64,000 nucleotides of DNA from Planctomycetota bacterium (GTDB taxonomy: Bacteria; Planctomycetota; UBA8108; SXIK01): positions 7,008,001 through 7,072,000 of the forward strand of contig CBDCXR010000004.1 of the NCBI GenBank assembly GCA_965223845.1, written 5' to 3'. Positions 1-9,745 of the stretch are shown piece by piece; position 1 is the first letter of the stretch; each line of letters opens with the position of its first letter. A program made the translations under genes and the position numbers. The notes under the pieces are model-generated. The model was not told where the DNA came from, ran no database searches, and saw only the letters and a list, made by a program, of their open reading frames with translations.

Positions 1-560
1 AACTCGGCTCGGTTGTGCCGAATGCTATTGTTCACGAGGCGCGGCTGCGCTTCCCGTACGCAATGGATTCCTGCGCCGTGGTTCGCGGTGTTCTCGGTGA
101 TGATGTTCCCCTCGATGAGCGGGGCTGCCACCGTGCCGCAGTAGATCCCGCCGCCGAGCTGGGTCGGGACGCCGAGGTGAAGTCCGCGCGTACCTCGGCC
201 GCCGGTGATCGTGAATCCACGGAGAGTCGCCTCCGGGGGTTCCGCGCCGTCGAACGCGATGACGCTCGCGAACTGCGGGTCCGCGGGTTCTCCCATCGCG
301 ATCACCGTCTCCGCGGCGCCCCCTTCGCTTTCGATGATGATCGCCTTCCCGAAGTAGCGAATCGGGGACGTGATCTCGTAGCGACCCGGCGCGACGAGGA
401 TTCGGTCCCCGTCGACGGCCGCCTCGACGGCTCGGGCGATCGTCGCGTGGTCGGCAGGGACGCGCAGATCGGCTCCGAATGCCGCGTGCGAAGCACCGAG
501 CGCGATGAACGTCGCCGTCAGGATTCGTCGGCGGGAAGTGGCGGAGAAGACCGCTTTCAT
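1..560 (-). CDS. Exported right-handed parallel beta-helix repeat protein (3' end runs off the window)
   Basis: Not in the ORF track. Manual translation from ATG at 560 (GAGG upstream) gives MKAVFSATSRRRILTATFIALGASHAAFGADLRVPADHATIARAVEAAVDGDRILVAPGRY...LRGFTITGG...GGGIYC...IEGNIITENTA, i.e. a signal peptide plus the typical beta-helix N-cap and GGGIY repeats. Confidence 0.8.
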   Translation of the reverse strand, partial: MKAVFSATSRRRILTATFIALGASHAAFGADLRVPADHATIARAVEAAVDGDRILVAPGRYEITSPIRYFGKAIIIESEGGAAETVIAMGEPADPQFASVIAFDGAEPPEATLRGFTITGGRGTRGLHLGVPTQLGGGIYCGTVAAPLIEGNIITENTANHGAGIHCVREAQPRLVNNSIRHNRAE

Positions 561-638
561 GAGGAACCTCGTGTCCTATCGAACCAGTTTGCTCGACCCG
601 TCGGAACTTTCGGTGCGGCGGATGTCGTGTGAGTCATC

Positions 639-3600
639 CTACTGATGAGGTTCGCAGTCGATGTGGAGACGATCGGGAGGCGCTCCGCCCGAGAACAAAA
701 ACGCGAGGAGGCGCTGGACGTCGTCGAATCCGATCGAACCGTCGCGATCGAGATCCGCGGCCGCTTCGCACGACGAGAGCTCCGCTCCGCGGAAAAGATG
801 GTCGAGAAGGGCGATCGCGTCTCCGATGTCGACGCGGCCGTCGAAGTTGGCGTCTCCGAACAGAAGCTCGCGCCCGTAGTAAAACGCATCCGGTGCGAGC
901 GCGGTGCCGACTTCGGTCGTCGCGAGTACGTCGACGCGCTCGATCGTTTCCCAAGCGGGGAAGCGTGCCTCGACGAGCTCGTCCGAAAGAACTCTCCACC
1001 GCGCGATGGGGCGTCCGTCGAGGTGGATCGAACGGAGCCCCGCGAATCCACGCCCTCGGATCTGCACGAGCGCCGGACGCCCGGGGGGGCCCCCAATCGG
1101 CGTCAGCTCGTCGATGCGCGGCTCCGTTGGCCCTGCGGCTCCGAACGCGCCGATGTCCCCGCCGTCGCGGGCCGCGCCGAGGCACGGCGAAGTGGATCGG
1201 AGTCTCCAGTCGTCTTCGCCGGCGAATTGTGGATCGGCGTCGATGCTACTCTCGCCGGGATCGATCCCGACCGCCGCGGCGGCGTCGAAGGAGACGTCGC
1301 AGTGACTGAGCGACACAGACGATGTCGAGTCGGCGCTGAGGTCGCGTTCATTCCCCCAGATGATCGAGCTGTGAAACGTCCCTCGCGCGGGCGCCGCGCC
1401 GCGATTCTTCACGAATGCGCGGATTCCCGTGGAGCACGCCGTCACGGTGTTGTGAGCGCCGTCCACCTCGGCGCCGTCTTTGAGCGCGATACCGTCGCGG
1501 CACCGCGCAACGACGTTACGGGAGACGAAAACCGACCCATCTCCCTCGATCGAGATGCCGCGGTCCGCGACATCGATGATCCGGTTCCCGACGACGGACG
1601 CGTTGACGCCGAAGAGATCGATGCCGTCGTCGGTGCCGCCGCGGATCGAATTGTTTTCGATCCGGGCGATCGCCCCATCGGGCGGTCCTCCGTCGAGATC
1701 GATTCCGTCCGCGTTGCCGAGAATATCGACCATCACGTTCGCGCGGCATATCACCCGCGCGCTTGTCGCGTGAACGGCTTCCCCGGTCGATTGAAACACG
1801 CAGTTTTCCACGGTCAGCGCGCCGCCTTTGGCATCGACGACGACGCGAGCGACGTCGCGAAAAGACGAGTGCCGGACGGTGAGCTCGGCGTTCTCCGCGG
1901 CGAGCAAAGGTGGGCGTATGAGCTCGGCGTCGCGATCGATGTTCCCCGGTGGATCTCCCGTCGAGACGTCGGCTGAGACATGCGTCAGCACGCCCCGTGA
2001 ACCTTCTCCGAAGACGAAGCTTCCCGCGAGGCCGTCGCCGATCAGCCGAACCGGAGCTTCGGCGGCGCCCGCGAGGACCAGCTCACCGGCGACCACGATG
2101 TCGGCACGTGGAAGCACGATGTCCGCACCCGCCTCGGCGGTCACGCTCGCTCCGACCGGGATTTCGAGGGATGGGGCGAGCAAGTACGGCGAGCCCGACG
2201 CGGTCCAGGTGGTCTCCCCGAGACCGACCGAGGACACGACGCGCTCGGGATCTACGAGCGTGACGCGAGCGTGGAGGACGTCGAGCTCGGTCCCGTCGTC
2301 CCCGATCGCAGCGACGATGAAGTCGCGTGATCCGTACGGCACGCGCACTCGCTTCGACCACCGGGCGATCACCGGATCATAATCGCACGGTTCGCCGTTG
2401 ACCGTGACCGTCGCAGTCGCTGCCGCGGGCGCTCGTCCCGAGAGCGAGACCCAGTGATCAAGGGTGTAGAGCTCTCCGCGACCGTACCAAACCGGAGGCG
2501 GATCGTCGCCCGCGTCGCTCGGCGTGATCGTCAGTCGACGCGGGATGCTCCGCGCGACGAACTCGCTTCGATCGAGAGCGAAGGTGACGAGATCGTCGAT
2601 GAGCTTCGCCGGCACGGCGGGGACGAGAAGCCCGACTTGATCGCTGATGGCCGCAGGATCGATCAGGTCCAATGCCTCCTCGAGCGCGGCCCAGTAGCGG
2701 CGGACGAAGCTCGGATGCGCGATGAGACGCCTCACCGCAGGAATGCTCGGGCGGAAGATCGGCTGGTGCGGGAGTAGGAACGTGCTGTCCATGTCCCAGG
2801 GGACGAGGATGAATCTTCCGCCCGGCGGCCGGTAGATGAAGTAGTCGTCGCCGGTGTCGCGGTGGAGGCCGCCTTCCTGATTGCTGAGGACGTCTTGAAT
2901 CGCAAACCAGCGGAGCCATTGGTCGACGTCGATGAGGGCGGCGATCGCCGCCGGAAACTCGTCGTCCGTCGAGCGGTGAAACGTTCGAGTGAGAGTGACG
3001 ATATCGCTCCAGTCTCCCTCGGCGACGTTCGTCTGCTTCTCGTAGAGGGGCGCGTAGGCAGCGGGATCTTCGCCGAGGTACGAGAAGTCCGCCGTCCGCA
3101 GACCGCGGTAGAGGTTTCCGTCCGGACCGTCGGCGCCGAAATGCCGGGTTAGCCACGCTTCGTCGACGGGTTCCATGCGAGCGTACTGCGGGTGAAACGT
3201 GCCGCCGACGAAGAGGCGGACGATGCGCGCCTTCGAGTAGACCATGCCGGCGCGGCGCCACACGTCCATCCCGAGCACCTGTCGCTCGGATTGGAACGCG
3301 TTGAAGAGGAGACGCGACGCGCTGACTCCTCCTTCGCGCGATGGCAACGTTACTTGGTAGGACTTGAGTCCAAAGAAGAGCGATCCGTTCCCGCGGAGTC
3401 GGACTTCTGCGCTTTGAAAGGACTCGCCGCCGCCGACAAAGCCCGCCGGCCGGCGAATCTTGTCCTCGAGCTGCAGCAACATGTCGAGCCGATCGCGTTC
3501 GCGGAGGACGATTCGGTACGTGTCGACGAGTATGGAGTCGCCGCGGTCGTCGACCTCGAGAAGGAAGGTCCCGGGGGATTCGCGCGGGAACGAGGTCTCG

Positions 3601-5807
3601 CCTCCCGCCATGCGTGCGGCGTACTCGATGCGCGCGCGATCGGGAATCCCGTCGAAGATCGCCTCGAGCACGGATCCGCGCGGCGCGAGGGGCAGCGTCC
3701 GGAACTCCTCCTCGCCGTCGAAGCGCCAGAGGAGCTCGGCCGGGGCCTCACTCGACGCGACGGCGCGAAACTGAATCGGTTCGCCGGGGCGGGGGACGAC
3801 CGGCTCGTGCCAGAGCAGCTCGATTCGCGGGCGGTCCGGTTCCGCGGCGACGGAGTTCCTCGCGCCGGGCGATCCCCCGGTCTCGGTCGACGCCGCCCAC
3901 GCCGCAGCGGAGAGCGCCGATCGTTCGACATCGATCCGCTCGAGCGAGGGACCTGCTCCGTCCGGAAGGCGAGGCCACGGCGCGCGATCGGAGTACGCGA
4001 CGCGATCGATTTCACGTCCACCCGCATCTCGGAGAACGACCACTTCGGCGTCGTTCGACAGTCGTCCGCGGTAGGGGCCGGTCACCCGTCCGCCCGCGAT
4101 CGGAGCGAGCGCGTCGGGCGTACGCGCAACGACGACGGATTCTCCCGCTTCGACCTCGTACCCCGGCGGGAATTCGAAGCGAACGGCATTCGAGATCTCC
4201 CAGCCCCCGAGTTGAGTCGCTTCGCGCGCGAAGAGCTCCACGAATTCGAGGTCGCCGTCGTCCGCGGGATGGTAGTGGATCTCCGAGATTACGACGGGCC
4301 CGGGCTCAGGTCGAGCGTTTGGCGACGCGGGAGTCGCGTGGGGAAGCGCGCGAACGACGCCGGCGCCATCGGGGTAGCGTCCGGCGACTCGGGTCGATGC
4401 ATCCCGGAGTGCGTTCGACGAGATCGCGTCGACGATCGTCTCCGTCTCTCGCTCGACGATCGCGATCGTCCGTCCGACCCAGTCCGTCGGGATTTCGACG
4501 GCGAGGAATGCACCCCCGGTGAGTTCGCCGCCGGGATCGTCGCGAAGACGCACTGGTGGCGTGTCGGCACCGCCACGAATCTCGAAGCCATTGGGGTCGA
4601 TCGAGTCGCCGCCGCGGTGGTAGATCTCGACGGTTGCACGCGCAGCATCTGCGTCGCCGACCGAGATCTCGTTCAGCGCGAGAGGCGGGACCGCGGGCGC
4701 CCGAGATCCACCGACGGTGATCGTGAGGCGCGCGTCGATCCCGAAGTCCGGACTCCGGACGTGTTGATTCGCTGCGAGAATCGCGAGCACGTTGTCGCCC
4801 CGCGAAAGGAGCGCTTCGAGTCCGCGGAGCGGAAGCTCTTCAGGAATCCCTTCCGCCTCCTGAGGACCGTCCGCCGTCGATTCGTGTGAGATCGCGTCGC
4901 CGGGTGCGCCGAGGTTTCGCCGCGCGACTTCGACACCGTTCAGAAACGCCACAAAGCCGTCGTCGAAGAGCGTCTCGAGCACCGCATCGAGAACCACTCC
5001 ACGCTCGCGGAACGAAAACTCGCGGCGGAGGTACACGGTCGAGTATCCGCCGTGCATGTCCTCGAGGACGGTCGCCTCCGATCGATTGCCGAAGCCAATC
5101 GGCGCTGAACCGGTCGCCCAGTCGCCGTCGTCGTACTCGGCGAAGGTCCAGGCGCTCGCTGGTCCCGGTGGCGGCGCGGTTCCCTTCCAGTAGCGCCAAT
5201 CGGTTCCGCGCACCACGAGATCTTCGGGCTCGGGCGACTGCGCGGCGAGTGCGTTCGGGCGTCCCGGAGAGCCGCCGTAGCGTCGCGACGTGGTCCACGA
5301 CTCCGGGTCGGCGGGATCGGCGATCGCCGCCTCGAGCTCGAGAGACGCTCCACCCCCGTTCGTTGCGAACGCGCGTGCGGGTGGATACTCGAGCGCACGA
5401 AGGACGTCCGCCCCGCGCCGGAGGACGAGGCGACCGCCGTCGCTCGAGAGCGTGCCCACGAACTCGCCGTCGGGGGCAAATCCGTACGCCGAGGCGAACG
5501 ACTCGGCGTCGCTCGCGAGGACGACGAATTCAGAGGGAGGAACTCGGAGATCCCCGAACGAGTAGGCGATTCCGCCGCCGATCTTGACGCCGGTGAGCTC
5601 GATCGTTCGGCGTGAGTGGTTCTGGAGCTCGACGAAGGCAGGAAATCCGAACGACGGCTCGGCCGAAACCTCGGTGAGGACGAGCGCTTCGGTGTCCTCC
5701 GCGGTCGCCGTACCGGCGAGGAGGAGAATCGCCGCGCCGACGCCGAGAGAGACGATCGCAGCGCCGCGCGCCGCTTCGCGCCGTTCCACGTGGACCCCTC
5801 CTTCCAA
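639..5807 (-). CDS. Large exported modular protein: lamin-tail domains, CotH kinase domain, beta-helix, IPT/TIG and C-terminal dockerin-like domain
   Basis: 1722-aa ORF with a signal peptide (…LLLAGTATA-E). Lamin-tail motifs VVISEIHYHP…EFVEL…DGAGPSLER; CotH motifs RLRGNGS/KSY…FILVPWDMDSTF; DGIDL beta-helix repeats; dockerin GDANFDGRVDIGDAI…ADLDRDG. The true start may be the GTG a few codons downstream. Confidence 0.85.
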   Translation of the reverse strand: MEGGVHVERREAARGAAIVSLGVGAAILLLAGTATAEDTEALVLTEVSAEPSFGFPAFVELQNHSRRTIELTGVKIGGGIAYSFGDLRVPPSEFVVLASDAESFASAYGFAPDGEFVGTLSSDGGRLVLRRGADVLRALEYPPARAFATNGGGASLELEAAIADPADPESWTTSRRYGGSPGRPNALAAQSPEPEDLVVRGTDWRYWKGTAPPPGPASAWTFAEYDDGDWATGSAPIGFGNRSEATVLEDMHGGYSTVYLRREFSFRERGVVLDAVLETLFDDGFVAFLNGVEVARRNLGAPGDAISHESTADGPQEAEGIPEELPLRGLEALLSRGDNVLAILAANQHVRSPDFGIDARLTITVGGSRAPAVPPLALNEISVGDADAARATVEIYHRGGDSIDPNGFEIRGGADTPPVRLRDDPGGELTGGAFLAVEIPTDWVGRTIAIVERETETIVDAISSNALRDASTRVAGRYPDGAGVVRALPHATPASPNARPEPGPVVISEIHYHPADDGDLEFVELFAREATQLGGWEISNAVRFEFPPGYEVEAGESVVVARTPDALAPIAGGRVTGPYRGRLSNDAEVVVLRDAGGREIDRVAYSDRAPWPRLPDGAGPSLERIDVERSALSAAAWAASTETGGSPGARNSVAAEPDRPRIELLWHEPVVPRPGEPIQFRAVASSEAPAELLWRFDGEEEFRTLPLAPRGSVLEAIFDGIPDRARIEYAARMAGGETSFPRESPGTFLLEVDDRGDSILVDTYRIVLRERDRLDMLLQLEDKIRRPAGFVGGGESFQSAEVRLRGNGSLFFGLKSYQVTLPSREGGVSASRLLFNAFQSERQVLGMDVWRRAGMVYSKARIVRLFVGGTFHPQYARMEPVDEAWLTRHFGADGPDGNLYRGLRTADFSYLGEDPAAYAPLYEKQTNVAEGDWSDIVTLTRTFHRSTDDEFPAAIAALIDVDQWLRWFAIQDVLSNQEGGLHRDTGDDYFIYRPPGGRFILVPWDMDSTFLLPHQPIFRPSIPAVRRLIAHPSFVRRYWAALEEALDLIDPAAISDQVGLLVPAVPAKLIDDLVTFALDRSEFVARSIPRRLTITPSDAGDDPPPVWYGRGELYTLDHWVSLSGRAPAAATATVTVNGEPCDYDPVIARWSKRVRVPYGSRDFIVAAIGDDGTELDVLHARVTLVDPERVVSSVGLGETTWTASGSPYLLAPSLEIPVGASVTAEAGADIVLPRADIVVAGELVLAGAAEAPVRLIGDGLAGSFVFGEGSRGVLTHVSADVSTGDPPGNIDRDAELIRPPLLAAENAELTVRHSSFRDVARVVVDAKGGALTVENCVFQSTGEAVHATSARVICRANVMVDILGNADGIDLDGGPPDGAIARIENNSIRGGTDDGIDLFGVNASVVGNRIIDVADRGISIEGDGSVFVSRNVVARCRDGIALKDGAEVDGAHNTVTACSTGIRAFVKNRGAAPARGTFHSSIIWGNERDLSADSTSSVSLSHCDVSFDAAAAVGIDPGESSIDADPQFAGEDDWRLRSTSPCLGAARDGGDIGAFGAAGPTEPRIDELTPIGGPPGRPALVQIRGRGFAGLRSIHLDGRPIARWRVLSDELVEARFPAWETIERVDVLATTEVGTALAPDAFYYGRELLFGDANFDGRVDIGDAIALLDHLFRGAELSSCEAAADLDRDGSIGFDDVQRLLAFLFSGGAPPDRLHIDCEPHQ

Positions 5808-6027
5808 CTCTCGCGGGGCCGTCGAATCCCGGCCGGCCTCCTACCCTTGTGCTCGCTCCCGCCCGGACCCGCTCCCTATCTTACTAAAGCACGGAGAAAT
5901 CACGTTCCCAACGAGGATTCGAACCCGCCGCGCGCGGAGCCCGTCCGCACGGATCGTCCCTCCCGAGGCAAGCGCTCGACGACCGAAGTTCGGGGCTCGT
6001 TCGGCGCTGCGTACGACGCCGCGGGGG

Positions 6028-7230
6028 CTACTCCCAGACTTCGAAGGAAGGTCCGGGAAACACCGCGAGCACGCTCGGGGTGCCGCGATAGTAGGTTTGG
6101 TTCATCCCCGTATCGATCAGGATGACCCTCTGCGCGAAACGCGCGGCGATGCGTTTGCTCGGCGGCTGCGTGTGACCGATTACGACGGCGGCCGAGCGGT
6201 GGAACTCGAGAAGTCGGTCGACGTGCGGCGTGAGCCGCTGCTCCAGGCCTTCGGCGAGACCGCGGTACATCAACGGGCCGTCGTTCGCGAAGAGGACGCT
6301 CCGCGTCGCGCGCTCGATCGCGAGGAAATGCGGCCGGAGCTTCTCGTGAACGGATCCGGCTCGCCTCTCGAGCGCGATGAAATCGAGGAGTGCGAACCAC
6401 CCGAGCTCGCGGCGGTAGACGTCGAGTTTCTCGAGCGCTGCGACGGCTTGATCGACCTCGCGAAAGCGGTCGCGCGCGCGTCGGTTGAGCTCGTCGATGG
6501 AGACGGCCGCGTACGGTGGAGAGAGACCGGCGTGCACGAAGAGCACGTTCTCTTCGCGATGCGCGATCGGGCGCGCTCGGACCCACTTGCCGTAGCTTCC
6601 GTTCGGCGAGAACGCTTCGACGAAAGCGTAGAATCCGCGCGGGTACAAGCGATCGATCGTTCGCTCATTCAGCCTCCGAGCGAGGTCGCGGTGAAAGCTC
6701 GATCGAACGAGCGGAGACGGCTCGCGCAGCATCGACAGAATCGCTTCGCGCCGCCGCGATCGCAGCTCCGCCGTCTCGTCCTTTGCGAACGCGCCGATCT
6801 CCCCCGGGGAAACGTACTCGAGGTACCCGAGGGCGACCCAGGCTTCGTGATTTCCGAGCAGAACGACGACGCGTCCGCCTGCGGTGCGGGCCTCCGATTC
6901 GAGACGGCGGAGAAGGTCGACCGCTAGACGTGAATCCGGCCCCCGATCGACCACGTCACCGGTTTGAACGAGGTGACGCTTCCCCGCGGCCCACCGATCC
7001 TCAGCGTCGATGATCTTCGCGTTTCGGAGCAGGCGGTGAAACGTCTTGTAGTCACCGTGGATGTCCCCAACGGCGAGGAGTCGAGCCGAGCGCTTCGGCG
7101 TCGTCGACGCGGGTGCTTCGGCGCGGTCGGCGTCGCTGCGCGCGCCCGAGCTCTGTGGAGACGCCAACAGCGCCCCGAAAACGAGGACGGCGACTCCTGC
7201 GATCGATACGAATACGGCGAAGGGTTTCAC
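6028..7230 (-). CDS. Exported metallophosphoesterase, Shewanella-like phosphatase (Shelph/PPP family)
   Basis: GDIHGD, GDVVDRG, GNHE, VHAG and IGHT motifs plus the Shelph-type IDTG motif; hydrophobic N-terminal signal/anchor. Confidence 0.85.
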   Translation of the reverse strand: MKPFAVFVSIAGVAVLVFGALLASPQSSGARSDADRAEAPASTTPKRSARLLAVGDIHGDYKTFHRLLRNAKIIDAEDRWAAGKRHLVQTGDVVDRGPDSRLAVDLLRRLESEARTAGGRVVVLLGNHEAWVALGYLEYVSPGEIGAFAKDETAELRSRRREAILSMLREPSPLVRSSFHRDLARRLNERTIDRLYPRGFYAFVEAFSPNGSYGKWVRARPIAHREENVLFVHAGLSPPYAAVSIDELNRRARDRFREVDQAVAALEKLDVYRRELGWFALLDFIALERRAGSVHEKLRPHFLAIERATRSVLFANDGPLMYRGLAEGLEQRLTPHVDRLLEFHRSAAVVIGHTQPPSKRIAARFAQRVILIDTGMNQTYYRGTPSVLAVFPGPSFEVWE

Positions 7231-7306
7231 TCCGAATTCATACCAGATCGCGGGGCGAATCGCATCCGCTGACGACTGGGGGGCGGCTCCGAGGCTCGCG
7301 TCAGAA

Positions 7307-8617
7307 TCAACGCTGAGTGAGCTGCCGCATCGCCTCGTTCTTCGCGTCTTCGAGGAGCAGCGCGTCCCAGAGTGCCCAGTATTCCGTCTGATCGCGGAGC
7401 TGCTCGGCGCGCGGCGCGTCCGGCGAATACGCGACGACCACCTCGGGGAGAAGCTCTTGAAGGGCTTCGTACGCGGTCACCCGCACGAAACGATCGGGGT
7501 CGCTGAGACCGTCGATCGCGAGCGGCGCACCTCGGCGGTCACCGATCTCGAGAACGATTCGCTGAGCCGCGCGGCGCGTGAGCTCGAACGGGTGGTGGAT
7601 CGCCGGCCGGAGGTAGGCGAGCGCCGCCGGGCCGATTTCCTTGAGCTGGCGCTCGGCCCGGACGCGGTTCCGCGTTCGCTGACGGCCCAGCTCGCGGACT
7701 GCGGTCTGGATATCGGTGATCGCCTCGTCCGCGATTTCGGCTCCGGCGCTCTCGGGGGTCGCGGGGCGAATCGCTCCGAGTCGCTCGCCGATGAGCGCGT
7801 CGAGCAGCTCGCGGAGGATCTCGGCCTTCAGCTCTTCCTTGAGAGCTTCGAGGTCGGAGGCGGGAGCGGGCGCGGTGTCAGACGGATCCATCTCCGGAAG
7901 CGATCCCTCGTCCGTCGCGTCGTCGGCCGGGAGCGCGATCACGCCGCTCTCTTCCGCGATGCGGTCGATCTCGCTCCGCTTGACGAGCACGATGCCCATC
8001 TCGCCGACCTTCAGCTTCACGGGCTCGTTCTCCGCCGTGGGGAGAACGTCGCCGTTCATCCGATTGCCGTTCTTCAGATAGAGAACGTGAGTCGTCTTGA
8101 CCTCGGTCGGCGTGTCCATCGGGGCCAGCCCGGTCGGCACTGCCGCCGCCTCGGTTTCGATCGCGTCGATCGATGCGATGCCGGAGCGAGCGAGACGCAG
8201 CTTCCCGACTTCGGGGATTTCGAGGACGAGCGTCTGCTCGTTGCTCTCGGAGGAAACGCGGCCGTAGTAGTTCCCGCCTCCGTAGTAGGACCATTTCCCC
8301 TTGGCGAGCTTCACTTCGACGAAGTCCTTGAACGTCGCGGGAGTCGTGAGGATCGAGTCGATGTCGTCGTCGTCGTCACCTTCGGTTTTGGCAGCTTCCA
8401 CCTCTCCCTTCGTGACGGACGCAACCTCGCTCGCGCGGAAGTACATTCGTCCACCGTCCACCTCGACGGTGAGAACGCCTCCATCCTTTTCGCGTTCGTC
8501 CGAGCTGATCTTTCCGTCGACGCGGTTGCCGTTCTTGAGCAGGATCACGTCCGCCCACGCGGGGGACGCCGAAAGCGTGCAGACGAGAACGGCGGCTGCG
8601 AGAGAACGCAGAGCCAT
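7307..8617 (-). CDS. Exported protein with repeated small beta-domains and C-terminal HEAT repeats
   Basis: Signal peptide (…ASPAWA-D), AAGGAGG RBS, repeated 'LxLKNGNRxxGxI/V' units, HEAT-like LAIDGLSDPDRFVRVTAYEAL. Confidence 0.7.
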   Translation of the reverse strand: MALRSLAAAVLVCTLSASPAWADVILLKNGNRVDGKISSDEREKDGGVLTVEVDGGRMYFRASEVASVTKGEVEAAKTEGDDDDDIDSILTTPATFKDFVEVKLAKGKWSYYGGGNYYGRVSSESNEQTLVLEIPEVGKLRLARSGIASIDAIETEAAAVPTGLAPMDTPTEVKTTHVLYLKNGNRMNGDVLPTAENEPVKLKVGEMGIVLVKRSEIDRIAEESGVIALPADDATDEGSLPEMDPSDTAPAPASDLEALKEELKAEILRELLDALIGERLGAIRPATPESAGAEIADEAITDIQTAVRELGRQRTRNRVRAERQLKEIGPAALAYLRPAIHHPFELTRRAAQRIVLEIGDRRGAPLAIDGLSDPDRFVRVTAYEALQELLPEVVVAYSPDAPRAEQLRDQTEYWALWDALLLEDAKNEAMRQLTQR

Positions 8618-8780
8618 GGGGACCTCCTTAGCACCGGCAATTCTGATGCGGTTCTGATGCGGTTGGTGTGCTGAGCAGTTGGGGCGTTGGTCGCGGCGTG
8701 CGTCGTCGAGAGTGCAGGCGGCGCTGCGACCCGTCCGGCGGTCCGAATCTGTAGGAGTTCGGACAACGATCTACTAACCG

Positions 8781-8786
8781 ATTATA
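8781..8786 (-). promoter_or_regulatory. Candidate sigma70 -10 box for the 8617 gene
   Basis: Perfect TATAAT on the minus strand in a GC-rich intergenic region; no convincing -35 box. Confidence 0.35.
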
Positions 8787-8908
8787 GGGCTGGGCCGAGA
8801 TTGCCTACCCGCGTCTCGTCGCGATCGCGCGGTGTGCGGTGCGAAAACGGCGTGCCAATCGATTCCGGCCATCGGGCGAACCGGTCGCGTACGCGGTTCG
8901 GCGCGCGT

Positions 8909-9691
8909 TCAGCGAATCACCGGTCGCACGGGGACTTCGTGCTCGTCGAGGTACGCTTTGATCGATTCAATCGAGTGTTCGCCGTAGTGGACCATGCTCG
9001 CGATCAGCGCGGCGTCGGCGCGCCCTTCGACGAGAACTTCGCGGAGGTGCTCGGGAGTTCCGGCGCCGCCGGACGCGATGACGGGGATTCCTACGGCATC
9101 CGCGATCTTGGACGTCAGCGTGATCTCGTAACCTTCCTTCGTGCCGTCGGCATCGATCGAATTGACGCAGATCTCGCCCGCGCCGAGCTCCTCCGCGCGC
9201 CGCGCCCACTCGATCGCGTCGATCCCCGTCCGCTCGCGGCCGCCGCGAACGACGATCTCGTATCCCGACGGCACCGATTCGGTGGCGTCGACTCGAAGCG
9301 CGTCCATCCCGAGCACGATGCACTGACTGCCGAACGCTCGCGCTCCCTCGGCGATGATGTCCGGGCTTCGCACCGCGAGCGAATTCACGCTCACCTTCTC
9401 GGCGCCGGCAAGGAGCACCTCGTGCATATCGTCGAGGCCGCGGATGCCGCCGCCTACGGAGAAGGGGATGAAGACGTTCGCTGCGACCTCGCGCACCATG
9501 TCGACATCGATCGGGCGGTTCTCCGCGGACGCGGTGATGTCGTAGAAAACGAGCTCGTCGACACCTTCTTCGTAGTAGCGAGCGCCCATTTCGACGGGCT
9601 CGCCGATGTCGACGTTTCCCTGGAATCGGACTCCCTTGGTCGTCTTCTTATCGCGGACGTCGAGGCAGATGATGACGCGCTTCGAGAGCAT
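8909..9691 (-). CDS. hisF: Imidazole glycerol phosphate synthase cyclase subunit
   Basis: [53 protein letters not shown]. Confidence 0.97.
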   Translation of the reverse strand: MLSKRVIICLDVRDKKTTKGVRFQGNVDIGEPVEMGARYYEEGVDELVFYDITASAENRPIDVDMVREVAANVFIPFSVGGGIRGLDDMHEVLLAGAEKVSVNSLAVRSPDIIAEGARAFGSQCIVLGMDALRVDATESVPSGYEIVVRGGRERTGIDAIEWARRAEELGAGEICVNSIDADGTKEGYEITLTSKIADAVGIPVIASGGAGTPEHLREVLVEGRADAALIASMVHYGEHSIESIKAYLDEHEVPVRPVIR

Positions 9692-9745
9692 GGTGGGACG
9701 ATCCGAGATGGAGGGGTGGCGAGTCGGTGAATCCAGACGGTTTGT

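Noticed and set aside
561-641. The CotH gene and the downstream beta-helix gene are in the same frame (possible read-through)
   Set aside because: A second in-frame TAG lies in the spacer, and the downstream gene has its own RBS and signal peptide.
8843-8858. Minus-strand TTGGCACG sigma54 -24 element
   Set aside because: The -12 position reads TTTC instead of TTGC, so the invariant GC is missing at the required spacing.
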